The notes: generated from the sequence alone by a model not told the origin. A DNA stretch of 64,000 nt from a virus (IMGVR_UViG_3300017912_004409:10719-74718), one strand, 5' to 3'; positions 6,644-15,232 are shown, counted from the stretch's first letter. A program made the numbers and translations.

Positions 6644-8486
6644 TGTAAAACATTCTGTTTTTACTTCTGTTCCAACTAAAGGGAACTGGTTTGTTTTTGA
6701 CCTTGAAACCAACGGGCTTTATAAAGATGTTAAAGAAATCTTTTGTTTGGTTATCTACGATATCATCAGAGACAAAACTATTGTTTATCGGCCTGATACT
6801 ATTGTTGATGGTCTTAAACATTTGGCTACCGCTGATGTTTTAATAGGACACAATATATTGTTTTATGACATTCCAGTCATCAATAAGCTCTATCCAAATG
6901 TTAGTTTAGAAAATATTCATATCATTGATACTCTTGTTTGCACAAGATTGATATGGCCTAAAGAAGAACTTGAAACTCTAGATGAAGAAATTTATCCTGA
7001 TGTCCCACCAAAATTTAAAGGTTCTGCATCTTTAAAAGCATGGGGTTATCGATTATCTGACAATAAAATTGACTTCAAAGATTTTAGTTGCTGGTCTCCA
7101 GAGATGGAAACTTATTGTATTCAAGATGTTAATGTTACTAAAAAATTATTTGATCATATAAATGTAAAACAATATCCTCAAGCTTCATTGTATCTAGAAC
7201 ATCAATTTGCTATTGCAATAAGCAAACAAATTGTTTCTGGTTTTTCTTTTGATTTAGATGCTGCCTTAGATTTAGTTGATGTTTTAAATAACAAGAAAAA
7301 AGAATTAGAAGATCAGCTGCAACTTGCGTTTCCACCTATTGTCGAAGAAACTGTATTTGTTCCTAAAGTAAACAATAAAGCAAAAAACTATATTAAAGAT
7401 GTACCTTTTACAAAGAAAAGAGAAATCAAATTTAATCCTGGATCCAGGCAACAAACTGTAGAAAGATTATTTCAAAAATATAATTGGAGGCCTGAAGTTA
7501 AAACTAAAAAAGGAAATCCAATACTTAATGATGATGTTTTAGAATCTTTGCCATTTCCAGAAGCAAAACTTTTGGCTGAATACCAATTAGTTAAAAAACG
7601 TTTGGGGCAAATCAATGAAGGCAACAATGCATGGACTAAATTAGTTTGCCCAGAAGATGGCAAGATACATGGTGATGTGATTACAAATGGTTGTATTACA
7701 GGGCGCTGCGCTCATAGAAATCCTAATATGGGTCAAGTGCCAGCAGTCTACAGTTCGTACGGAAAAGAATGTAGATCTTTATTTCATGCACCTAAAGATT
7801 ATGTATTGATTGGTGTAGATGCTAAAGCTTTAGAGTTACGTTGTTTAGCTGGTTATTTATCTTATTGGGACAACGGCAAATATGGATCTGTTGTAATAGA
7901 TCCTGAACAAGATATTCATGTCTATAATCAAAAACTATTTAATGTTGAAACTAGAGACATAGCAAAAAGATTATTGTATGGAATCTTGTATGGTTGTGGT
8001 GCATCCAAGGCAGGTTCAATTGTTGATCCCAATTGCAAAAATTTACAACAACAAAAACAACTAGGACGTAATGCTATTAATTCTTTTATGAAGGGCGTTC
8101 CAGCTTTACAAGAATTAAAAAATCAAATTGAAGTGTGTATTAATCAACGTGGTTATTTAATTGGATTAGATCGTAGACAATTATTTTGTAGAGCTGCTTT
8201 CAAAGGATTAAATGTTTTATTGCAATCAGCTGGCGCAATTATTATGAAACAAGTTGTTGTAAATCTACATAAACAACTTGAATCTTGTGGTCTTATTTAT
8301 GACCAAGATTGGATGCAAGTTGCAATGATTCATGATGAAATTCAACTAGCATGCCGCCCAAATTGTCAAGAGATTGTTAAAGAACAAGCATTAAAAGCAT
8401 TTCCGAAAGCTCAAGAGTTTTTTAAATTTGGTTGTTTAATCGAAGGAGATGCAAAAATCGGATATACTTGGCTCGACTGCCATTAA
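6621..8486 (+). CDS. DNA polymerase, family A, T7-like, with 3'-5' exonuclease
   Basis: ExoI VFDLETNG, ExoII GHNILFYD, ExoIII YCIQDV, motif A GVDAKALELRCLA, motif B AKRLLYGILYG, motif C MIHDEIQ; start at ATG 6621 preferred over track start 6582. Confidence 0.95.
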   Translation: MSNSTENSVKHSVFTSVPTKGNWFVFDLETNGLYKDVKEIFCLVIYDIIRDKTIVYRPDTIVDGLKHLATADVLIGHNILFYDIPVINKLYPNVSLENIHIIDTLVCTRLIWPKEELETLDEEIYPDVPPKFKGSASLKAWGYRLSDNKIDFKDFSCWSPEMETYCIQDVNVTKKLFDHINVKQYPQASLYLEHQFAIAISKQIVSGFSFDLDAALDLVDVLNNKKKELEDQLQLAFPPIVEETVFVPKVNNKAKNYIKDVPFTKKREIKFNPGSRQQTVERLFQKYNWRPEVKTKKGNPILNDDVLESLPFPEAKLLAEYQLVKKRLGQINEGNNAWTKLVCPEDGKIHGDVITNGCITGRCAHRNPNMGQVPAVYSSYGKECRSLFHAPKDYVLIGVDAKALELRCLAGYLSYWDNGKYGSVVIDPEQDIHVYNQKLFNVETRDIAKRLLYGILYGCGASKAGSIVDPNCKNLQQQKQLGRNAINSFMKGVPALQELKNQIEVCINQRGYLIGLDRRQLFCRAAFKGLNVLLQSAGAIIMKQVVVNLHKQLESCGLIYDQDWMQVAMIHDEIQLACRPNCQEIVKEQALKAFPKAQEFFKFGCLIEGDAKIGYTWLDCH

Positions 8487-8487
8487 T

Positions 8488-8560
8488 GCTTCCTTAGCTC
8501 AGTGGATAGAGCAACCGCCTTCTAAGCGGTTGGTCGTTGGTTCGAATCCAACAGGAAGCG
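8488..8560 (+). tRNA. trnR-UCU: tRNA-Arg(TCT)
   Basis: GCTTCCT/AGGAAGC acceptor, GCTC/GAGC D arm, ACCGC-CTTCTAA-GCGGT anticodon arm, GTTGG-TTCGAAT-CCAAC T arm; CCA not encoded. Confidence 0.95.
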
Positions 8561-8565
8561 TTTGT

Positions 8566-8593
8566 CTGGGCATCTGAAAAGTGTAAGCCCCAG
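8566..8593 (+). promoter_or_regulatory. 28-nt hairpin leader element, copy 2
   Basis: CTGGG-CATCTGAAAAGTGTAAGC-CCCAG; 24/28 identical to 1750..1777; 21 nt before ATG 8615. Confidence 0.55.
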
Positions 8594-8614
8594 GTTGTTC
8601 TTTGTTTTCTAATC

Positions 8615-9394
8615 ATGGCTATTAATTCTTGTGATTTCAAACTACGTTTGGTAGATAAACCTAAACAAGTTTATATATCAGAAAGAAACTGTGCAGTTCA
8701 AGCAACTGCAATAATCCCTGCTCCTTATGATAAAGCAGTAAATACAGAAGTTAAATTAATTTATAGAGGTCCTCAAACTGCAAGAATACTTTCGTATGAA
8801 CCTGGTAATTATTTGTTTGCTTGTGATACAACACTACGACATGAATATGACAAACTAACTAAAACAGATTCTTGGCGGTTGGTTACTTACAATCCCATTG
8901 AATTAGTAGATGAGAATTTTTGTCCATACAACAATGTAATTCTATTTGGAAGAATAGCTAAAGACATTGATCCAAACAATTCCATGGATCTTAAATATAT
9001 TAATGATTTGATTATTTGTAATCGTCCAATCGTATGTAGTGTTGGTCCACAGCAGGGTGAATTTTTCAATATATTTGCAGTTACTAAAGTGGATTCTCCT
9101 GGTTATAATCTTGCACAGAATCTAGCTGATCAATATACCAAAGGAACTAATGTTGTAATTAAAGGTACATTGGTAACTGATGGGTGGATTGATAAAAATA
9201 CTAAAGAGCAAAGGACAAATACTAAAATCAAACTGTTAAGTATTAATAAAGCATATGTAAACAATGACAATAGTGCTGTCAATGCTTATGTGAACAACAA
9301 GAAACAAGAGGCTGCATCTGAGCCGGTTACCATGACAGCAGGTACAATGCCTGCGTGGTCGCCCACCCAATCCAATGACGAGGTTCCTTTCTGA
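8615..9394 (+). CDS. ssb: single-stranded DNA-binding protein, apparently two OB folds
   Basis: VILFGRIAKD...VVIKGTLVTDGWIDKNTKEQRTNTKIKL is an SSB OB-fold pattern; acidic C-terminal tail DEVPF; the track start 8537 overlaps the tRNA and was rejected. Confidence 0.75.
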   Translation: MAINSCDFKLRLVDKPKQVYISERNCAVQATAIIPAPYDKAVNTEVKLIYRGPQTARILSYEPGNYLFACDTTLRHEYDKLTKTDSWRLVTYNPIELVDENFCPYNNVILFGRIAKDIDPNNSMDLKYINDLIICNRPIVCSVGPQQGEFFNIFAVTKVDSPGYNLAQNLADQYTKGTNVVIKGTLVTDGWIDKNTKEQRTNTKIKLLSINKAYVNNDNSAVNAYVNNKKQEAASEPVTMTAGTMPAWSPTQSNDEVPF

Positions 9395-9579
9395 TGTCTG
9401 ATTATCCGTTCACTTACCTCTATGAGGAAGATGAAAAAAAAGTCTATGTATCATGTGGTTCAGCAGATTTAACTATTGTTTTGCATAATTACATGGACTT
9501 TCTCAAAGCTGTTGGTTATGACTATATAGATATAGTCCAAGAGCTAAAAGTACTTGCTTTTGAAAAGGCGGCCAAGTAA
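9394..9579 (+). CDS. hypothetical protein
   Basis: Track ORF coupled to the ssb stop. Confidence 0.6.
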   Translation: MSDYPFTYLYEEDEKKVYVSCGSADLTIVLHNYMDFLKAVGYDYIDIVQELKVLAFEKAAK

Positions 9580-9603
9580 TTCAGCTTTGTAACGATTGAT
9601 TCA

Positions 9604-9633
9604 GGGACCTGGGATGTCCCAATAAAAGCACCA
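9604..9633 (+). promoter_or_regulatory. pseudoknot-type leader element, copy D
   Basis: GGGAC-CTGGGAT-GTCCC-AATAAAAGCACCA; same loop as copy B with a compensated stem; loop TGG pairs with CCA; 26 nt before ATG 9660. Confidence 0.5.
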
Positions 9634-9659
9634 CTTAACATCTTTTGAACATCATTTAA

Positions 9660-10760
9660 ATGAAAACCAGCGAAGGTCTCATTCCCGCAACCACTGGCAA
9701 AGCAATTGTCAAACGTACACCTCGTACTGTTGATAGCTTTGCTCATCTGGTAACACCAGAATACATTGGTCAGGCTCCCAAGCTTGGTCAAGTTATTGCT
9801 ATCAATGCGCCTAGCGATGACAACTATCCTGCATCTAAATCTGGTTTCTTCTTATCAGAAGAACACTTTCTTAGTGCTGGATGGAATTGTGGTTTAGATG
9901 AACTAGAAAAAGGTAGCTTTCTGCAGCCTTATGTTCAACAACTAGGTTCTTCTGAACACAAAGGTATTATGTTCTTGCGTCCACGGATGCAGATTGTTTT
10001 TGAAACTGATGCTATCTTTGAAGAAAGAGAAGATAAAATCACAACTATTATTGGATCCGGAAATCGAAATGATAATGTAAATGACCTCGGACGTGTAAAC
10101 TATCTTTGGGAATATTACGACACCAATAAAAATAAAAAGGATCTAACAATTCGTTGTTGGTATTATTTCTACTTCATGACAAGTGAAGGTTATCGTGCTC
10201 ACACTAATCCATTAATTCTTTCTATTAAAGGTGTTACCAATGCAACGTTTAGAGAAAATCTTAGAAGGTTTCGCGACGATATGGCATCTTGCACAGCAAT
10301 TGCTCATGGAGAAGCAAAGAAACCTGGAAACTTTGACGCCTTTGGTCAGTACATCTTCACCCCCAGCCTTGCATGTAAGAAAGTTGAAAACTCAACAAAG
10401 GCTTCCACAGCTGTTCAAGTTTTAGAATATGATCAACCTGTTTATTCAAGCAAAGAAGCTGCTATTGCTTCTTTGGATCTAAATGTTATTCCAGATGAAC
10501 TTATGAAGGTAACTAAGAAAGAACAATACGATGAGTTTGCAAGGGGATGTATTTCTCGTTATGGAGATCAGATATCACAATATACACGCATGGCCCCAGG
10601 TGTTCAAATCACTCCTCTTCACATTGAGCCGCCGATGTTAAATGAAAACAATACGAATAAACTTTCTGGATCAGCCCCTACATTACCTAGTCTTCCTGGA
10701 ATTATTGATATTACAGATAAGAGAGATCCTAATACAGGAGAAGATTCAAGTCTCTTGTAA
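9660..10760 (+). CDS. DUF5895-like protein
   Basis: GFFLS...AGW...RPRMQIV...HTNPLILSIKG...F...FTPSL resembles my recollection of cyanobacterial DUF5895; adjacent to ssb. Confidence 0.45.
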   Translation: MKTSEGLIPATTGKAIVKRTPRTVDSFAHLVTPEYIGQAPKLGQVIAINAPSDDNYPASKSGFFLSEEHFLSAGWNCGLDELEKGSFLQPYVQQLGSSEHKGIMFLRPRMQIVFETDAIFEEREDKITTIIGSGNRNDNVNDLGRVNYLWEYYDTNKNKKDLTIRCWYYFYFMTSEGYRAHTNPLILSIKGVTNATFRENLRRFRDDMASCTAIAHGEAKKPGNFDAFGQYIFTPSLACKKVENSTKASTAVQVLEYDQPVYSSKEAAIASLDLNVIPDELMKVTKKEQYDEFARGCISRYGDQISQYTRMAPGVQITPLHIEPPMLNENNTNKLSGSAPTLPSLPGIIDITDKRDPNTGEDSSLL

Positions 10761-11012
10761 TTAGATTTCAGGATTATCAAGCTCGCTATCTGGAATTTTT
10801 ATATTCTTGGTAGCGAGCAATTCTTTTACTAATCCTCTAATACAACCTTGTCTTTGAGTAGCAAGCTGTAATAACAGCTCAGCATATTCTTTAACATTAT
10901 TTATTGAACTTTCTTCTTTAATGGCTCGTGAGATTTTTTCTTTCCAAAAAAGATCACTTGTTGTTGGAGATAATTCTAGCTTTTTCAAAGAAGATTTAAA
11001 TACAAATTCCAT
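10761..11012 (-). CDS. divergent NblA-like protein (second candidate)
   Basis: SDLFWKEKISRAIKEESSINNVKEYAELLLQLATQRQGCIRGLVK aligns by eye with the NblA helix-loop-helix pattern (F...S.DQAKDFL..L......R.....LLK). Confidence 0.4.
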   Translation of the reverse strand: MEFVFKSSLKKLELSPTTSDLFWKEKISRAIKEESSINNVKEYAELLLQLATQRQGCIRGLVKELLATKNIKIPDSELDNPEI

Positions 11013-11046
11013 AAATCCATTTGAGTTCTATTTAATCTATCACAAA

Positions 11047-11268
11047 ATGATTTCAATGAAACCCCATTCTTCTTCCACTAAAATCAAAAAATCAATTAAG
11101 AAAACAATTCCTTTTGCTGTTCTTGGTACAGCTGTAGCTATTACTATAGGAAATCCAGTGGCATGGGGTGCTCTTGCTTTTGGTTTGTTTCGAATTACTA
11201 AGAGAAACTACAACAGCCTTGATCCCTATGATACGCTTGGCTCAGACGAACAAAGCCTCTTCATCTGA
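11047..11268 (+). CDS. small membrane protein
   Basis: Basic N-terminus, hydrophobic segment IPFAVLGTAVAITIGNPVAWGALAFGLF; ATG 11047 in track ORF 10921..11268. Confidence 0.55.
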   Translation: MISMKPHSSSTKIKKSIKKTIPFAVLGTAVAITIGNPVAWGALAFGLFRITKRNYNSLDPYDTLGSDEQSLFI

Positions 11269-11272
11269 TCAT

Positions 11273-11300
11273 TGACCTGGGAAGTCATTAAACTCATCCG
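11273..11300 (+). promoter_or_regulatory. pseudoknot-type leader element, copy C
   Basis: TGAC-CTGGGAA-GTCA-TTAAACTCATCCG; shares GACCTGGGAWGTC and TTAAACTCATCC with copy B; 23 nt before ATG 11324. Confidence 0.6.
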
Positions 11301-11323
11301 CATTTCTTTTTGCAATTTTAATC

Positions 11324-12427
11324 ATGCTTTCTGTTCTTGGTAATCCAGCCAATGCTGCACAGTCTCTTATTTATGCTAAAACAAATATAAGAAGAGCTTT
11401 TCCTGATTTTGATGATTCTAATATTTATAAAATGTATCTTACTAATACATTTTTAGGAGTTTTAAAAGATGATGGAGGAATTGAAGAAACATACGATAAA
11501 ACCAAAGTAATAAATGCATTTAAAGAATTTACTACGCGTTGTCCTGATTTCTTTTCTTGTCTTGGTCCTGACTATTTAGGTTGTAGTTGGTGGCGTGATT
11601 GTTCTTATATAGTCTATAAGGGTTGGTATTATCAACATCAAAATTCAAAATCATCTATTGCTGCCCGTGCGCAGAAAATGCTTCATCAATATATTCGTAA
11701 CAATATAAATTATATGCATGCAAAGTATTCTTGTAATTTAGACTTTGCTGACTTTTTAGAAAACACAACTGTTCGTGATGACAATGGTGATGAACAAGAA
11801 ACATCAATTGGTCATTTAGTCGCGCCACATGGATTTAAGTATCCTGGAGATACAGAAGAAAAACCCTTTAATCAAACATATTGCAATCCAGAACTCATTG
11901 CTGTACCAGGGCCTGATAAACCTTTTTGTTCTTGTGCTTCATTTCAATATCAACTTAAAAACCTAAGTTATTTTCAAGATGAAATTCCTGACTATCAACC
12001 AACGTGTAAACACTTAACTTGGTACAACAAACATATTGAGTATTACTGTAAACGCACTAAACTTGCAGAACAAATAAGAGCAGGAAAAGCTCCTAACAAA
12101 GCAGTGGCCTGGTGGTATGCTCCTCCTGGTAGTGATCTAGAACATACACTAGAAAAGCTTTCTATAGATCGACCACGGCACATGAAGGGACAGGGAGACT
12201 TTGTAATGTTATATACCAATGATGCCATGGGGTCCAGTGCGCCCTATAAACTCTGGAAGCGGTACAAGCCTCAGGAGTTTTTTACACAGCATGATGTATG
12301 GGACTTGTTTGATCGCATGATTGACAATGGTTATTTACCATACGTAGGTAACAATCTTGGCCAGCTAAAACCTTCTAGTTTTTTTCCTCATCATTCTTGT
12401 CTTTTGAATCTTAAATCACATGTTTGA
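11324..12427 (+). CDS. SWIM zinc-finger protein
   Basis: FCSCASF...PTCKHL = CxC-Xn-CxH SWIM motif. Confidence 0.65.
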   Translation: MLSVLGNPANAAQSLIYAKTNIRRAFPDFDDSNIYKMYLTNTFLGVLKDDGGIEETYDKTKVINAFKEFTTRCPDFFSCLGPDYLGCSWWRDCSYIVYKGWYYQHQNSKSSIAARAQKMLHQYIRNNINYMHAKYSCNLDFADFLENTTVRDDNGDEQETSIGHLVAPHGFKYPGDTEEKPFNQTYCNPELIAVPGPDKPFCSCASFQYQLKNLSYFQDEIPDYQPTCKHLTWYNKHIEYYCKRTKLAEQIRAGKAPNKAVAWWYAPPGSDLEHTLEKLSIDRPRHMKGQGDFVMLYTNDAMGSSAPYKLWKRYKPQEFFTQHDVWDLFDRMIDNGYLPYVGNNLGQLKPSSFFPHHSCLLNLKSHV

Positions 12428-12531
12428 ATTTCTTTCTGCAATAGTTGTTCCTATTATTCAAGAATTGTTTTTTGTAGCAACAATAGTTGTTGCAAACAAA
12501 CTTATCAAACAAATCTATTCTCATCTAAATC

Positions 12532-13191
12532 ATGTCAACTCTATTTGAGCTAATCGATGCAGAGCAGCGTGCCGAAAGGAGTCTTGGCTTTGCAGGCCAA
12601 TCAGAAGCTCCATTACGTTCTGAACTCCTACGGGAGGCTGAACAGGAGCTTATGCAGAGCGCTGGCCTCCGAAGAGAAAAAGTTGATCGAATCTTTTTTA
12701 TTAGAGAAAAATTTATTTATGGACTAAAAATACTAGAAGAAGAAAAAGAACGTTTGCTTCTTGCAATGCAACGTGCAAAGAACGAATTAAAATCAATTGA
12801 TGATATTCTTTATTTAGGTAGAAATAGAATTAGAAAAACTAAACTTGAAGGAAATAAATATGTTTTTAATTTTAGAAAAAAGCCAAAAACAACTGTATCA
12901 GTTGAGGAGGGTGCTTGGGAGCTATGGTCAGAAAAAGAACGTAATGAATTTTTAATTCAGGAGGAGGTTACCATTTTGCAACGTAAACTGCTACGATCTA
13001 TGTCAGGTGAGATCATTGATCGCACCGTTACTAAAAAAACCAAAACTCAAGTTTATCCGAATCTCGATGCAATCCGAAACGCAGACAAAACAGGCAATCC
13101 TCTTCCCGATGGAATCAAAGTCGTTCAAGAATACAGCATCAAAACAACAAGAGCTATCCCAGCAGGATCCTTGGAATCCAGCATGGAATAG
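12532..13191 (+). CDS. Siphovirus Gp157-like coiled-coil protein
   Basis: MSTLFEL start, long coiled coil, KLEGNKYVFNFRK, and C-terminal NLDAIRNADKTGNPLPDGIKVVQEYSIKT follow the Gp157 pattern. Confidence 0.6.
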   Translation: MSTLFELIDAEQRAERSLGFAGQSEAPLRSELLREAEQELMQSAGLRREKVDRIFFIREKFIYGLKILEEEKERLLLAMQRAKNELKSIDDILYLGRNRIRKTKLEGNKYVFNFRKKPKTTVSVEEGAWELWSEKERNEFLIQEEVTILQRKLLRSMSGEIIDRTVTKKTKTQVYPNLDAIRNADKTGNPLPDGIKVVQEYSIKTTRAIPAGSLESSME

Positions 13192-13540
13192 ACAATATAA
13201 ACATCCTGCAATTCCTACTGAAATGTATTGGAAAATTTTACCTCCTAAAAACATTGAAGATGCAGAAGAGAAACAAGAAATTCATAACTATGCAATTAAA
13301 GACTGTGAGGTCCAGGTCCAAATTGTAGATACTGAAATATCAATTAAATTTGATCCTCTTGCTATTGAAGAATCAAATCTTTCAGCCAAGAAAGAAGAAG
13401 AGTATCTTCAGTGCCTTGATCGTAAAATTAAACTACTTAGGAAGAAACGTTTTCATTTGACTGCCGAGGGAGTTTACCGCTACTATATACAAAAGGTAGG
13501 TAAAACAAGTGGACGAACATCTGTACAAACTTTTATATGA
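13109..13540 (+). CDS. hypothetical protein (start uncertain)
   Basis: Track ORF 13007..13540 overlaps the Gp157-like gene; ATG 13109 or later is plausible. Confidence 0.5.
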   Translation: MESKSFKNTASKQQELSQQDPWNPAWNRQYKHPAIPTEMYWKILPPKNIEDAEEKQEIHNYAIKDCEVQVQIVDTEISIKFDPLAIEESNLSAKKEEEYLQCLDRKIKLLRKKRFHLTAEGVYRYYIQKVGKTSGRTSVQTFI

Positions 13541-13787
13541 TTTTACTTGCGGGGGGACATCTCTCCCCGCTTTAACAGGAACCAAACATGAAATGAGAGT
13601 AACCATTTTAGTGGCTGCTCTCATTTCTAATGAAAATGTTTGTTCTCAATCTGAACCAAGTGATTTAGTTGATGCTGCTATTGCTTACAACAAATTGATT
13701 GAAGAACGTTTGGGTTTTTATCAACAGAATCAAATGAATAATCTAGAAAATTTATTCAATAATGAAATAGCATCTAATGACGTATAA
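13509..13787 (+). CDS. hypothetical protein
   Basis: Track ORF. Confidence 0.6.
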   Translation: MDEHLYKLLYDFTCGGTSLPALTGTKHEMRVTILVAALISNENVCSQSEPSDLVDAAIAYNKLIEERLGFYQQNQMNNLENLFNNEIASNDV

Positions 13788-13809
13788 TTAATTCGACTAT
13801 TTAATTGCC

Positions 13810-13998
13810 GTGTCAAACATTACAATCTCTATGTATCTTGAACTTGATGTTGATTACGATCCTTTTAAAGGACGTACTCCGCAACAAATAAGCGAATTAA
13901 TTCAAGATAAATTAGATGATTTGCTTTTTGAAGCAGACAAAAATATAAAAGGGATCTATACTGACGTGACTAATGTTGTTTTGCTTGACGATGAATAA
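13810..13998 (+). CDS. hypothetical protein
   Basis: Track ORF, GTG start. Confidence 0.55.
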   Translation: MSNITISMYLELDVDYDPFKGRTPQQISELIQDKLDDLLFEADKNIKGIYTDVTNVVLLDDE

Positions 13999-14215
13999 CT
14001 TAACAAGTTGGGATGTCAAAGAACAACAAAGACGTGCTGATTTCATGGACCATCTTTATGAGGTTTATAAGCCAGCTAATCATTGCTTTACTGGACTTTG
14101 GCAAAAATTTTGTTTAGAAGAAGCTGGTCCTTATTGCAGAAACGAATACTTTGAACGTTTAAAATTTATAGAAAATTTTCAAAAAGAAATCGAAATGAGG
14201 GAGTTTGATAGGTAG
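13991..14215 (+). CDS. hypothetical protein
   Basis: Track ORF 13973..14215; ATG 13991. Confidence 0.6.
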   Translation: MNNLTSWDVKEQQRRADFMDHLYEVYKPANHCFTGLWQKFCLEEAGPYCRNEYFERLKFIENFQKEIEMREFDR

Positions 14216-14237
14216 AATACTACAAAGAAAAAAAATT

Positions 14238-14468
14238 ATGTTTGACAAACACCCTTGGATTAACAAGCTTTCTTTTTCAATGGAAAATGATAACAATACT
14301 GTTGATGTTCAATGGGATGAAAATGATCCTAGTTTAAAAGACTGGTGTTCATGGACTGATGACCAACAAAATGATTTTTTAATTGAGTTATTAAATTTTG
14401 TATTTAAAGAGAATAATGATTTAAAAGTAGTTCCTATAGATGAATCTGAGGATGAATCCAATGGATAG
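14238..14468 (+). CDS. hypothetical acidic protein
   Basis: Track ORF 14205..14468; ATG 14238. Confidence 0.55.
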   Translation: MFDKHPWINKLSFSMENDNNTVDVQWDENDPSLKDWCSWTDDQQNDFLIELLNFVFKENNDLKVVPIDESEDESNG

Positions 14469-14997
14469 TCAAATGTCTTCCTTGCAGATGCCAAATTTTG
14501 AGGTGCCAGAGTCTCCAACTGATTCAAAATCTAAACCTAAATCAAAACGAGGAAGTGTTCCTGATTTTATTAGAAACTTAATTAGTTTAGCTTCATATAT
14601 TAAACAATTAGAAGTTCAATCTCATTTGATTCATTTCAACTATGAAAAGTCTAATTTTTTTGGTGTCCATGCTTTCCTTAAAGATCAGTACCATGCTCAT
14701 GTTGATCAGTTTGATCGTATTGGAGAGTTTGTTAGATCCATGGATTATCTCATGCCAATGTGCAATCGTGGTTTAGAAGATGCTTGTCCTAAATTCAATC
14801 ACGTTAAAAGTTATGCAGCAGACAATATGTTGATTACTTATTACAAAAATTTAGAAGAACTTGGTTTAATGACTAAGAAAGTAGAGCAGGAGGCTGCTAG
14901 GGTTAAAGCTATTGATATCCAAAACTACATGGCTGAGCTTTGTGGTGAAGCATTTAAAGCGGCCTGGTTTATTAAAGCTAGTCTTCGTAGTGAATAA
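14461..14997 (+). CDS. dps: Dps / ferritin-like protein
   Basis: QSHLIHFNY...FFGVHAFLKDQY...FDRIGEFVRSMD...AAWFIKA matches the Dps H-W/F-N-V...H...Y...D..AE ferroxidase pattern. Confidence 0.85.
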   Translation: MDSQMSSLQMPNFEVPESPTDSKSKPKSKRGSVPDFIRNLISLASYIKQLEVQSHLIHFNYEKSNFFGVHAFLKDQYHAHVDQFDRIGEFVRSMDYLMPMCNRGLEDACPKFNHVKSYAADNMLITYYKNLEELGLMTKKVEQEAARVKAIDIQNYMAELCGEAFKAAWFIKASLRSE

Positions 14998-15232
14998 TCC
15001 TATGGCAATTACTGCATAGTGGAATACATTTATCAATTTCTTTTTTAATTGTTTCCCAGCAATAGCCCTTGCCTGGCATTTTAGCTATTACATATTTTTT
15101 ATCTTTTATATGATGGAACTCCATGACCCTATGGTCGTGGAGTCCACAACTGTTACAAGAAATATTTTTTTTATAGTCAAGAAGTTTCTTCTTTGTCTTC
15201 TCTATCTTTTCTTTTCGAGAATGCATTATCAA
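14978..15232 (-). CDS. HNH endonuclease
   Basis: CNSC...EFHH...KCIPLCSNCHRIIH. Confidence 0.8.
   Translation of the reverse strand: MIMHSRKEKIEKTKKKLLDYKKNISCNSCGLHDHRVMEFHHIKDKKYVIAKMPGKGYCWETIKKEIDKCIPLCSNCHRIIHYED

Noticed and set aside
8537-8614. Track start of the ssb ORF (also 481, 6347 and 6582 extensions)
   Set aside because: Extensions run through a tRNA, leader elements or upstream genes; downstream ATGs fit better
13549-13570. GCGGGG...CCCCGC hairpin
   Set aside because: Falls within a coding frame (CGGTSLPA); no evidence for a separate role
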